A stretch of DNA of 32,000 nucleotides, taken from positions 4,470,001 to 4,502,000 of the forward strand of contig OZ245049.1 in NCBI GenBank assembly GCA_965224465.1. The letters are read 5' to 3'. Made by a program: the position numbers and the translations under genes. Source of the DNA: Flavobacteriaceae bacterium (lineage in GTDB: Bacteria > Bacteroidota > Bacteroidia > Flavobacteriales > Flavobacteriaceae). Below, in pieces: positions 7,214 through 15,883 of this stretch (position 1 is the first letter of the stretch; the number at the start of each line of letters is the position of its first letter). The notes below the pieces were generated by a model, which saw only the letters and a program-made list of their open reading frames with translations, was not told where the DNA came from and made no database searches.

Positions 7214-8542
7214 TTTTATTTCATTATCGCTAGTATTTGTAATAACCCAAATACCTCTAGTACCACCTGCTCTTTTAATAACTCCTTTGTTTTTTAACAA
7301 GCCTATATGTTCTTGTGCAGCAGATCTATTAATTTTTAGATGATCAGCAATTTGAGAAATAGAAACTTTAGGATTATTTACAATAAGCTTAAAAACCTCT
7401 TTTTGCCTGGCTGTTAAATCACTGACTTGTTCGGTAACATGGTCAGTGACTTGTACGGTGACTTGTTCGGTAGTTGGAAAAACAATGCGTAAAAAATTGT
7501 CAGAAAATTTAAAACAATCTTTATTATAAGCTGCTAACATTCTTGGCACACCCGAACCTAATTGCTCTACTAAATCTAAATCCTTAAAAATCCGTATCAG
7601 TTCTTTATTTCTAGGAATAGAAAATCCTTCAAAAAATTCTGATTCACTTAAACCTTCCACCAGAGACCCTGCCGATGTAATCTCTATTCTATCCTTAAAA
7701 ATTTCAAATTTTGGAGCTACTTCACGGCTAAAATCATTGTGTACAAAAGCATTTATTACAGCCTCACGCAATGCCATAGCATTCCATAAGCGATGTTCTA
7801 TGCGGTCCTTTTCTGTAATTTTAGCAAGCGTACGGTTTTCTATGGCTAACTTATCCAATACACTTTTACAGGCTTTAATTAAGGAGCAATACCCATACTC
7901 ATTGGTTTCTGTAAGAGCTACACGATCCGTACCTGCATATTTGGCTACCTTTATGGATATATTATTAATATCCGATAATAAATACCCTGCGTAATTCCAT
8001 TGATCATCTTCGTTTTTCAGCTCTAAATTAACAGCAAACTGCCCATTTAATGTCTTTTCTTTTTCTTGATAATAAATATGCAGCTGTTCAAAAGCTAAGG
8101 ATCGTTTGGGCGACAGTATTTTACTAATCGTGTTTCTGGTCCTGGAAGCATATAATGTATCAATAATACGTTGCGGCATAGGTTCGGATGCCGTTCCTAT
8201 CCGTACATAACAGCCCTTTTCAGACATTCCGTACTTCTTTTTGAAATACGGTTTTTCGCTACCACTAGCCACCGTTACTTTTACCAATTGTTTGCCCTCT
8301 TGCTCCATAAGCGAAATATCAAACAAGCCCATACAGGAGGGTTGGATATTGGTTTTTAAACGGTCTTTTATACGCAACATCACATCATCTACATCACTTA
8401 TTCCAACAAATACTCCGTGTTTGTTCACTCCAAAAATTACCACACCTCCTAGCTGATAGTTTAAAAAAGCAATCACTTCCTTTTCTAGGTCTATGTCCTT
8501 GGTGAGTATTTCTTTATATTCGATGCGATTGGTCTCTGTCAT
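7211..8542 (-). CDS. AlbA_2 (Schlafen-like) + HATPase_c_4 + C-terminal wHTH protein, often annotated as a RecG-like putative transcriptional regulator
   Basis: N-terminus IEYKE...EVIAFLNYQLGGVVIFGV (AlbA_2-like). Mid-region REAVINAFVHNDF...IEITSAGSL...IPRNKELIRIF...EQLGSGVPRM (HATPase_c_4-like). C-terminal HTH SISQIADHLKINRSAAQEHIGLLKNKGVI. Confidence 0.8.
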   Translation of the reverse strand: MTETNRIEYKEILTKDIDLEKEVIAFLNYQLGGVVIFGVNKHGVFVGISDVDDVMLRIKDRLKTNIQPSCMGLFDISLMEQEGKQLVKVTVASGSEKPYFKKKYGMSEKGCYVRIGTASEPMPQRIIDTLYASRTRNTISKILSPKRSLAFEQLHIYYQEKEKTLNGQFAVNLELKNEDDQWNYAGYLLSDINNISIKVAKYAGTDRVALTETNEYGYCSLIKACKSVLDKLAIENRTLAKITEKDRIEHRLWNAMALREAVINAFVHNDFSREVAPKFEIFKDRIEITSAGSLVEGLSESEFFEGFSIPRNKELIRIFKDLDLVEQLGSGVPRMLAAYNKDCFKFSDNFLRIVFPTTEQVTVQVTDHVTEQVSDLTARQKEVFKLIVNNPKVSISQIADHLKINRSAAQEHIGLLKNKGVIKRAGGTRGIWVITNTSDNEIK

Positions 8543-8566
8543 GGGGTAATTGTTAATACTTAATTA

Positions 8567-9721
8567 TTAATGGTTGATGACTCCTTTTTCCTCTTTTAGT
8601 AAAAGTACTATCTTTTCAACTAATGAAAAGAATTGATCTTCTTCTAATTTTGAAATTAAAAAATCTGTCAGATTATAAATCTCATCATCATTCAAAACAT
8701 ATGTTTTTGTAGCAAAATGAGCCCATTTTTTATTCTTATCTTGAGTGAAATTATTTACTAGATGTTTATTTTCTTCGGAAGACAATTTTAAATCGGCATA
8801 TTGTTCTTTATTGTTTAATGCCTTGTTTTGTAATTCAACAATTATCTTTAACTCTTTTATGGGAGTCAATAATCCAGCATATATAATCGTAAACATTATA
8901 TTAGGATTGCTCCTAGAAACAAAATAACGTAAAATCTTTTTTAAGTTCCCACTAGACTGATTAAGCGTAAACTCTTTATTATCTTTAGGAATAACTTCGT
9001 TTATTTGTTGCGTAATATGTTCCCTTGCTATTTCACTAATTTTAATGACACTGTTTATAGCTTTTTGATTTTTTATATAAAATTCAAAATCTTCTTTTTT
9101 CATCGTAGGAGTACTTAAATTATAAATGTTTTGTGCAAAATCCTTTAAGAAAACAATGTATTTATCCTTGGATTCTATCAAATAAGGACCGCTATTTCTC
9201 ATTACTTGTTGCATGAGTTGCTGATGGGTGATATTTATGAATTTCTCACTTCCCAACTTATGCGAATACATGACCGCTTTTAAAGAAAGTATCACACCTA
9301 TATATCCGTTTTCACACGCATTCTCTTTGACAATAGTTTTCCAATAATCTACTAAATCATTACCTTCGATATGATGCTTTACTTTATTTTCTATAATAAT
9401 GGCTTGTTGCGAATTTTCAAGTAGAAGATCTATTCTCCCGTTAGCTATCGTACTATATTCCGTATGTATTTTAAAGTTAGAAAAATCTTGCAGTCCTGTT
9501 TTCTTTTTCCCTAATTCGGAGGCAGCAATGAGCTCTATAAAACTTTTAATAAACAAATCCCCCAAACTATGTTCTTCATTTACATTAAAGAAAAAAGCAT
9601 AGATATTAGACAATACATTTTCGTAATGTGGCTGCTTGGCGATGCCTAAAAAAGTTAAGGGCTTTTTTTTAATAACAGGAATTTTATTTTCCGATAAAAA
9701 TTTCTCTAATAATGCTAACAT
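8567..9721 (-). CDS. PD-(D/E)xK nuclease superfamily protein (PDDEXK_4-like)
   Basis: HYENVLSNIYAFFFNVNEEHSLGDLF, then GRIDLLLENSQQAIIIENKVKH (D...ExK core). Confidence 0.65.
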   Translation of the reverse strand: MLALLEKFLSENKIPVIKKKPLTFLGIAKQPHYENVLSNIYAFFFNVNEEHSLGDLFIKSFIELIAASELGKKKTGLQDFSNFKIHTEYSTIANGRIDLLLENSQQAIIIENKVKHHIEGNDLVDYWKTIVKENACENGYIGVILSLKAVMYSHKLGSEKFINITHQQLMQQVMRNSGPYLIESKDKYIVFLKDFAQNIYNLSTPTMKKEDFEFYIKNQKAINSVIKISEIAREHITQQINEVIPKDNKEFTLNQSSGNLKKILRYFVSRSNPNIMFTIIYAGLLTPIKELKIIVELQNKALNNKEQYADLKLSSEENKHLVNNFTQDKNKKWAHFATKTYVLNDDEIYNLTDFLISKLEEDQFFSLVEKIVLLLKEEKGVINH

Positions 9722-9817
9722 GTTTATTTAATTTATAATTAATCATCAACCATTAATATTCCTCTTTCCTAATCTCCCCTTCCGCAAAATCTTGCACTAC
9801 AGATTGTATGGAATAAT

Positions 9818-10102
9818 TCACAAAACATTCAAACAACTTCCAATTTCTGTGCTTGGCCATTTGCTTTCATCGGTGCACCAACCGAATAGTATTTCTTCCA
9901 AAAGATATTCGAAATTTGCTTTTAAAAAAAGGATTGATTCCTCCGTACAATCATATTCTGGAATTAAATACACGGTGGATTCATCATGTTTATTAGAAGC
10001 GTCCTTATGTATAGGGTCTTCTGGAAATATGCTGTTTACCCAATCAAATAAGGCTTGTTTGGGCGTGATAATTAAAGCGGTTCTGTTTACGGATGCTAAC
10101 AT
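9818..10102 (-). CDS. Small conserved hypothetical protein, probably truncated by a 1-nt frameshift near 9855-9858
   Basis: 94-aa ORF co-oriented with its neighbours. The shifted frame stays open for a further 37 codons (KQMAKHRNWKLFECFVNYSIQSVVQDFAEGEIRKEEY) down to a stop at 9753. Confidence 0.45.
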   Translation of the reverse strand: MLASVNRTALIITPKQALFDWVNSIFPEDPIHKDASNKHDESTVYLIPEYDCTEESILFLKANFEYLLEEILFGWCTDESKWPSTEIGSCLNVL

Positions 10103-10128
10103 GTTTATCTAATTTATTTCATATATAA

Positions 10129-11139
10129 TTAACCCTTATTTTTTTCTAATCCTTTTACCATTTTATCAAAATCGGATACAATTTTCTGAGTTTTATTAAA
10201 CACATCATACTCGGTATGTGCTTTTTTTTCTGCTTGTTTTTTAGATTTTTTACCTAAACCTTCTAAAACCAAGTATTCATTAAAACTTAAAAATTTATTT
10301 ACACTCAAAGCCAATTGCTCCATGGTAAAGGTGTTTTCTCTTTCAATTAAACCTTCTATATAATCAAAGTACCCTGTAACTGTGCGTTCTAATTGTTTTA
10401 TCTCTTTTTCTTGCAAATAATTTTTAGCAACACTTGTGTCCGACTTAATAATACGACCCTCTGGTGCATTTTTCCAATTGGTTAAACCCATATTTTCTTG
10501 CCTACGATCCGCCTTTAAATAGATGATTTCTGCGGCTGTTTTACCTGTAATCGCAAAGTGGAATTTGTTTTGGATTGTTGCATAAAACCTTTTAGTTACA
10601 GATGAATTCTTATCATAATCAATGCTACACTCAGCAAAAATATCGGTTACTTGTTGGTAAATGCGTCTTTCACTTGCGCGAATAGAGCGAACCCTTTCTA
10701 GTAATTCTTTAAAATAATCTTTACCAAATAATGTTTTCCCTTGTTTTAAACGTTCATCATCTATGGTAAACCCCTTGATGATATACTCTTTTAACGTTTT
10801 TGTTGCCCAAATACGAAACTGAGTAGCTTTTGTAGAATTAACGCGGTACCCAACCGAAATAATAGCATCTAAATTGTAAAAAGTTACTAATTTGGTTTGA
10901 GTTTTCCCAGTAATAGCACCATGTTGAGTGGTTGTTTCCAATTTGGAAATAACCATCTCTTTTTTCAATTCTCCGCTTTCGAATATATTACGTAAATGTT
11001 TGCTAACCGCTGGCACACCAACAGAAAAAAGTTCCGCCATCGCTTTTTGTGTAAGCCAAACACTTTCCTCCATAAGTACTACATCTAAACGAATATCTCC
11101 GCCTGGAGCTGTGTATAATAAAAAATTAGTCTCTAACAT
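10129..11139 (-). CDS. rhuM: RhuM family (virulence protein RhuM-like) DNA-binding protein
   Basis: N-terminus LYTAPGGDIRLDVVLMEESVWLTQKAMAELF...VSKHLRNIF...YNLDAIISVGYRVNS..ATQFRIWAT is the characteristic RhuM pattern. This family is a frequent passenger in type I R-M loci. Confidence 0.8.
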   Translation of the reverse strand: MLETNFLLYTAPGGDIRLDVVLMEESVWLTQKAMAELFSVGVPAVSKHLRNIFESGELKKEMVISKLETTTQHGAITGKTQTKLVTFYNLDAIISVGYRVNSTKATQFRIWATKTLKEYIIKGFTIDDERLKQGKTLFGKDYFKELLERVRSIRASERRIYQQVTDIFAECSIDYDKNSSVTKRFYATIQNKFHFAITGKTAAEIIYLKADRRQENMGLTNWKNAPEGRIIKSDTSVAKNYLQEKEIKQLERTVTGYFDYIEGLIERENTFTMEQLALSVNKFLSFNEYLVLEGLGKKSKKQAEKKAHTEYDVFNKTQKIVSDFDKMVKGLEKNKG

Positions 11140-11233
11140 AGGTGTCTCTTATTCATTTATAATTAATATTACGCTTTCCTTTATGTGTTTGATACCTCCT
11201 AAATTTCTATATATATTCATGATGGTTTTTTTA

Positions 11234-11440
11234 TTATTTATTTCCCTTCTCCACCTCCAACATAGCAACTGGAACCGACAACTTACCCGAGATTAATTGA
11301 GGTAATAAAGTGTTGCGAAGTTTGGTGAGTGATTGATTTTTTTTTGTTTTTACAACTGAATATCTAAAATTTCTTTCATTCAACAGTCGCTCTAGTTTTA
11401 ATAGAATAGGTTTGTTACCTATCATATAAGTCACGCACAC
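11234..11440 (-). pseudogene. Remnant of an hsdS 3' end (last ~31 codons plus stop region)
   Basis: ...LTKLRNTLLPQLISGKLSVPVAMLEVEKGNK versus the intact HsdS C-terminus LTKLRDTLLPQLISGKLSVPDAMLEVEKEIN. DNA ~11248-11330 matches ~11666-11748 with about 6 mismatches. Confidence 0.7.
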
Positions 11441-11636
11441 ACCTATTTATGTAACCATTTAATCCAGTTCCGTTTCTCGCAAGACTTTTCATTTCCTCAA
11501 CATTATCCCTGCCAGCTCTAGTATAACTGTAGCTATAAATTCTAGAATTTCCACTAAATTTGACTGAAATGTTATCTAAGCCTATTTCATAAGCTTGTAC
11601 ACCAGAATTACCACTATTATTGCTATAAGTCTCCAT
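11415..11636 (-). CDS. KTSC domain-containing small protein
   Basis: 73 aa. AYEIGLDNISVKFSGNSRIYSYSYTRAGRDNVEEMKSLARNGTGLNGYINRCVR fits the KTSC (PF13619) pattern (..Y.....L.V.F..G..Y.Y......y..l.....G.y.N..i). Confidence 0.6.
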   Translation of the reverse strand: METYSNNSGNSGVQAYEIGLDNISVKFSGNSRIYSYSYTRAGRDNVEEMKSLARNGTGLNGYINRCVRDLYDR

Positions 11637-11650
11637 ATTATACTTTTTTC

Positions 11651-13009
11651 TTAATTAATTTCTTTCTCTACCTCCAACATAGCATCTGGCACCGACAACT
11701 TACCCGATATTAATTGAGGTAATAAAGTGTCGCGAAGTTTGGTTAGTTTACCAGAAAGAATATTGTTACTGTCCTTTTTAGAATTAAAATTTGATAGAGA
11801 ATTTTCAATTAAACATTGTCCACTCTTTGGTGGAACTAGAACTTCAACTTCTGATAAGCGTAATCTACTGAGTTCTGTTTGACCTGTACTTCCTTCTCCC
11901 ATAGCTTCAATATAATCTTCAATTGAAAACATTAAATATTGAAAAAAACTAGTTTCTAATATACTTTTATTTCCCCTTACAACTGTAACATGAGAATCTA
12001 CTATGGTAGGCTCATCTAAAGATAAAATAGTCGCAATTCTTCCTAATGTTCCAGTTCCTGTGGAATTAATTACAATATCTCCGATTTCCAGTAACCTTCC
12101 TTCTGTTTTTCTTTTGGTTGGATCATTCCTTCTGGCTAAAGAATAATTTACAATATGATTTCTAATACATTTTTGATTAAGAACTCTAATCCCTCCATCT
12201 TCAATATATTTTGGAGAAACACCTCTTCTTAATTCCACTGTAATATCTTTTAGCGGTTTTACTCCCCACCCTACAGGAATCCATTTCTCCAACACTTCAT
12301 TAAACACAAAGCTATCTGGAAACAGTTCATTAATTTCAGGTGTATTTTTCTTGGTAACTGCTAACCTTAGCCCTCCTTTTTTACGCAAAGGCTCTGGCAA
12401 GGCTTCTACATTTCCACCATTTTTTACCAAGAAATTATCTAATACAGGATCAAAATCTACAAACCAAGACTGAAACAAGGCTTGTGCCATGGCTTCTAAA
12501 CTTTCGTTCATCTTGCGGTTGAGTTCTATTTTTGCATCTAAATCGCCCAGTATTTTAGCTATTGCTTTTTGGGTTGGGAGGGGTGGTAGTTTGAATTTGT
12601 ATTGTTCAATTGCGTCTCTGTCCCCCCGAGGCATCTTTGTCCCTTTAGCTGTAGCTACGGTGTAATCTATAAAATCTTGCCCTGACAGAATGGAATACAA
12701 GAACTTAGGAGCTAATTTCCCTGAAGACCTAAATACTAATACATCATTAGAACATCCTCCATCGCGATCTGCGAACCAAACTTTTTTAAAATAAGTTCTA
12801 ATATTTGAAAAAAGGACATCGTTTTCTATATACGACCTAGCCGTAGTCGCAGAAGGTAATCCTGACGAAACTGATATCCCTCCAAGGTCAGGCATCATAT
12901 TTTCTGTTGAGATATAATTATCCAAACTAAGTTCTGACACTTTTATTTTCTTTGAAACAAACTCAATAACATCCCCCAAAACAACTTCTCTCCATCCACC
13001 ATTACTCAT
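11651..13009 (-). CDS. hsdS: Type I restriction-modification system, specificity subunit
   Basis: 452 aa with two target-recognition halves. They are separated by the conserved helix LPPLPTQKAIAKILGDLDAKIELNRKMNESLEAMAQALFQSWFVDFDP, and the protein ends with LRDTLLPQLISGKL. Overlaps hsdM by 8 bp. Confidence 0.9.
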   Translation of the reverse strand: MSNGGWREVVLGDVIEFVSKKIKVSELSLDNYISTENMMPDLGGISVSSGLPSATTARSYIENDVLFSNIRTYFKKVWFADRDGGCSNDVLVFRSSGKLAPKFLYSILSGQDFIDYTVATAKGTKMPRGDRDAIEQYKFKLPPLPTQKAIAKILGDLDAKIELNRKMNESLEAMAQALFQSWFVDFDPVLDNFLVKNGGNVEALPEPLRKKGGLRLAVTKKNTPEINELFPDSFVFNEVLEKWIPVGWGVKPLKDITVELRRGVSPKYIEDGGIRVLNQKCIRNHIVNYSLARRNDPTKRKTEGRLLEIGDIVINSTGTGTLGRIATILSLDEPTIVDSHVTVVRGNKSILETSFFQYLMFSIEDYIEAMGEGSTGQTELSRLRLSEVEVLVPPKSGQCLIENSLSNFNSKKDSNNILSGKLTKLRDTLLPQLISGKLSVPDAMLEVEKEIN

Positions 13010-14567
13010 AACCCAACATTTTTAAGTTAGTACGAATCGCCACATCCAAATCCTTAGCCTCCTCCATTTGAGTAAATAATAATTGGGTCAATGACCCCAT
13101 TTTGGTTTCAAAAGGAATACCATCGCCTTCTTCTTCGGCAACACCAACATAACGCCCAGGCGTTAATACAAAGTCATTTTTTTCTATTTCGGCTAAAGTG
13201 GCAGATTTACAATATCCTGCTATGTCTTCGTAAGTTCCGTCTTTACTTTCACCTCTCCAAGCGTGGTAGGTTCTGGTAATTTCGGCAAGGTCGTCTGTAG
13301 TTAGTTCTTTATGGGTACGGTCTACCATAGTTCCCATATTACGGGCATCTATAAATAAGGTTTCACCTTCTCTATTTCTATGGTTTCTGGTTTGGTCTTC
13401 AAATTGTTGTTCCTTCTTGTTCTTAGTCATAAACCATAAACAAACAGGAATTTGAGTGGTATAGAACAACTGCCCTGGTAAGGCAATCATACAATCTACC
13501 AAATCGTTTTCTAGCATTTGTTTACGGAGTTTTCCTTCACCCGAGGTATTGGAACTCATAGAACCATTTGCCAATACAAAACCAGCGGTTCCGTTTTCGG
13601 ACAATTTAGAAATCATGTTTAAAATCCACGCATAATTAGCATTACCTGTAGGTGGTGTATCGTAACCGTTCCATCTAGCATCGTCGGTTAATTCATCTTT
13701 TCCACGCCATTCCTTTTGGTTAAAGGGTGGGTTTGCCATGATATAATCGGCTTTTAAATCGGGATGTTGGTCTTTAAAAAACGTATCGGCAGGCACAGCA
13801 CCAAGGTTGGCAGAAATACCACGAATGGCTAAGTTCATTTTTGCCAGTTTGTAGGTCGTAGCCGTGTACTCTTGTCCATAAATAGAAATGTCTTTGGTGT
13901 TTCCCTTATGGTTTTGCACAAACTTAATAGACTGCACAAACATACCTCCCGAACCACAGGCAGGATCGTAAATTTTCCCTTTGTAAGGTTCTAGCATTTC
14001 GGCAATCAGGTTTACAATACATTTTGGGGTGTAGAATTCTCCACCACCTTTTCCCTCGGCAGAAGCAAATTTCCCTAAAAAGTATTCGTAAATACGCCCT
14101 ACAATATCGTTTTCCTTGTCGGCAATGGTATCAATATCGTTAATGGTATCCAATAAAGACGATAGCTTACTCGGATCTAAATTTAATCTCGAAAAATAAT
14201 TATCAGGTAAAGCTCCTTTTAAGCTTGGGTTGTTTTTTTCTATGGTGCTCAATGCCGTATCTATTTTTAATGCGATATCGGTTTGCTTGGCATTTTCTAT
14301 AATATATTCCCAACGAGATTCTGGCGAAAGGTAGAATACGTTTTTCATGGTATAGAACTCCACCATGTCTAGGTATTTATCTTTGCCTTCGGAGATGAGT
14401 TCTTGTTTTCGTTCTTCGAATTTATCGGAGGTAAATTTCAGGAATATCAATCCTAAAACTACGTGTTTGTATTCAGAACTTTCTACAGTTCCTCTTAATT
14501 TATTTGCGGAATCCCAAAGCGTTTCTTCGATAGATTTTGATTTTTTTGAGGTAATTTTTTTTGCCAT
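13002..14567 (-). CDS. hsdM: Type I restriction-modification system, N6-adenine DNA methyltransferase subunit
   Basis: HsdM_N-like N-terminus (LWDSANKLRG), motif I DPACGSGGMF and motif IV MANPPFNQKEW. Confidence 0.93.
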   Translation of the reverse strand: MAKKITSKKSKSIEETLWDSANKLRGTVESSEYKHVVLGLIFLKFTSDKFEERKQELISEGKDKYLDMVEFYTMKNVFYLSPESRWEYIIENAKQTDIALKIDTALSTIEKNNPSLKGALPDNYFSRLNLDPSKLSSLLDTINDIDTIADKENDIVGRIYEYFLGKFASAEGKGGGEFYTPKCIVNLIAEMLEPYKGKIYDPACGSGGMFVQSIKFVQNHKGNTKDISIYGQEYTATTYKLAKMNLAIRGISANLGAVPADTFFKDQHPDLKADYIMANPPFNQKEWRGKDELTDDARWNGYDTPPTGNANYAWILNMISKLSENGTAGFVLANGSMSSNTSGEGKLRKQMLENDLVDCMIALPGQLFYTTQIPVCLWFMTKNKKEQQFEDQTRNHRNREGETLFIDARNMGTMVDRTHKELTTDDLAEITRTYHAWRGESKDGTYEDIAGYCKSATLAEIEKNDFVLTPGRYVGVAEEEGDGIPFETKMGSLTQLLFTQMEEAKDLDVAIRTNLKMLGYE

Positions 14568-14792
14568 GTATGCGTTTCTCTGTGATTTTTAATAGTCGCC
14601 TTAAAAATAAGAAAACTATTCCAACTATAATTATGGAAACCCGTAATTGTATGAGAAATAGTTTTCTGCTAATTAAGTCCAGCCTATTCCAACCATTTTA
14701 GTCAAATCCTAGTTCTTATTTAAACGTATCTACTTATACAATACGTTTTTAGGAATGATGGCGAATTACAACTAATATGAATTGATATTCAT

Positions 14793-15883
14793 GGCTCAAC
14801 TTGTAAATAGCGTATTTATTTCGTAACTTACTGAAAAACAGAATCATTATGGATAATTCAGCTATTTTAAAATATTTTGACTGTCTAGATGTAACTAAGC
14901 AGGATATTTTGCTTAAAGAATTTCAGTCTCTTTGCAAATCAGGAAGTTATGTAGACATTATTAAAATGAGAGGGAATGCTTTAGATGACAGAAGGGGTGA
15001 ATGCCCTTACTGCAATGGCTATCACTATATAAAAGCAGGTGTTGATAAAAACAGCAGGCGTTATAAATGTAAAGATTGTAAACGTACTTTTACTGAATTT
15101 ACCGGCAGTTGGCTAGCTGGGATACACAAAAAGCAACGCATACCAGCCTTTTTAAAAACACTTGAATTGAATTTAAGTTTGGTTAAAACAGGAAAGGATC
15201 TTTCCATAGATCCAGGGACGGCATTTAGATGGCGTCATCGTTTTTTGTCTGCTATGTTTCAAGAAACCACAGGTTATTTCAAAGGAATCACCGAGAGTGA
15301 TGAGACCTTTTATTTACACAGTCAAAAAGGTAAAAAGTGTGTACATAGACCTCCCAGAAGTAGATCCGAAAAGAAAGGGGCAGGTATAACAAAAGAATAC
15401 GCAACGGTATTAACAACCCAAGATAGAGCAGAACTATGCGTGTCTAAATTTACAAATATGGGCAGAATTACCAAGAGTAATATAAAAAACACTATCGGAA
15501 GCATGGTAGATAATAGAACCATATTTTGTTCTGATGGACACCGTAGTTTTACAGGGTTTAGTAAGGATTTACATTTAGAGCATCATGTTTTAAACAGTAG
15601 TAAAAACCAACGAGTCAAAGGGACTTATCATATTCAGCACATCAATAGTTTGCATAGTAGGTTAAAGACATTTTGTAACGTGAAATTAAAAGGAGTATCC
15701 ACAAAATATCTTCAAAAATATTTAAATTGGCAAACAATTAAAGATTCATATCGTAAAGAATCAAATTGGGTAGTTACTGTCCTTAAGTACTCAATGAAAC
15801 GTTCAAATGCAATTAAAATATATAACAATATCCAAACTGATTATGACAAAATTTTTATAACAACGCTAAATGCTAGTTGAGCC
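14793..15883 (+). mobile_element. Complete IS1595-family insertion sequence (1091 bp) with 8-bp target-site duplication
   Basis: Imperfect terminal inverted repeats: GGCTCAACTTGTAAATAGCGTATTTAT (14793-) and the reverse complement of the right end GGCTCAACTAGCATTTAGCGTTGTTAT (21/27 match). The direct repeat ATATTCAT lies at 14785-14792 and 15884-15891. Confidence 0.85.
14849..15880 (+). CDS. IS1595-family (ISXO2-like DDE) transposase
   Basis: N-terminal zinc ribbon CPYCNGYHYIKAG...YKCKDCKRTF. Catalytic candidates SDETF, FCSDGHRSF and HINSLHSRLK. The stop codon lies inside the right inverted repeat. Confidence 0.85.
   Translation: MDNSAILKYFDCLDVTKQDILLKEFQSLCKSGSYVDIIKMRGNALDDRRGECPYCNGYHYIKAGVDKNSRRYKCKDCKRTFTEFTGSWLAGIHKKQRIPAFLKTLELNLSLVKTGKDLSIDPGTAFRWRHRFLSAMFQETTGYFKGITESDETFYLHSQKGKKCVHRPPRSRSEKKGAGITKEYATVLTTQDRAELCVSKFTNMGRITKSNIKNTIGSMVDNRTIFCSDGHRSFTGFSKDLHLEHHVLNSSKNQRVKGTYHIQHINSLHSRLKTFCNVKLKGVSTKYLQKYLNWQTIKDSYRKESNWVVTVLKYSMKRSNAIKIYNNIQTDYDKIFITTLNAS

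Noticed and set aside
7421-7475. Imperfect nucleotide repeats (gacttgttcggt...) encoding TEQVTVQVTDHVTEQVSD in the AlbA_2 gene as a phase-variation tract
   Set aside because: The units are imperfect and in-frame multiples of 3. This looks like a low-complexity linker between domains rather than a slippage-prone homopolymer or perfect microsatellite.
9792-10112. + strand ORF 9792..10112 (106 aa)
   Set aside because: It fully overlaps the - strand ORF 9818..10102, which is co-oriented with the whole operon and shares its start-region block with the neighbouring gene. The + strand product has no recognisable features.
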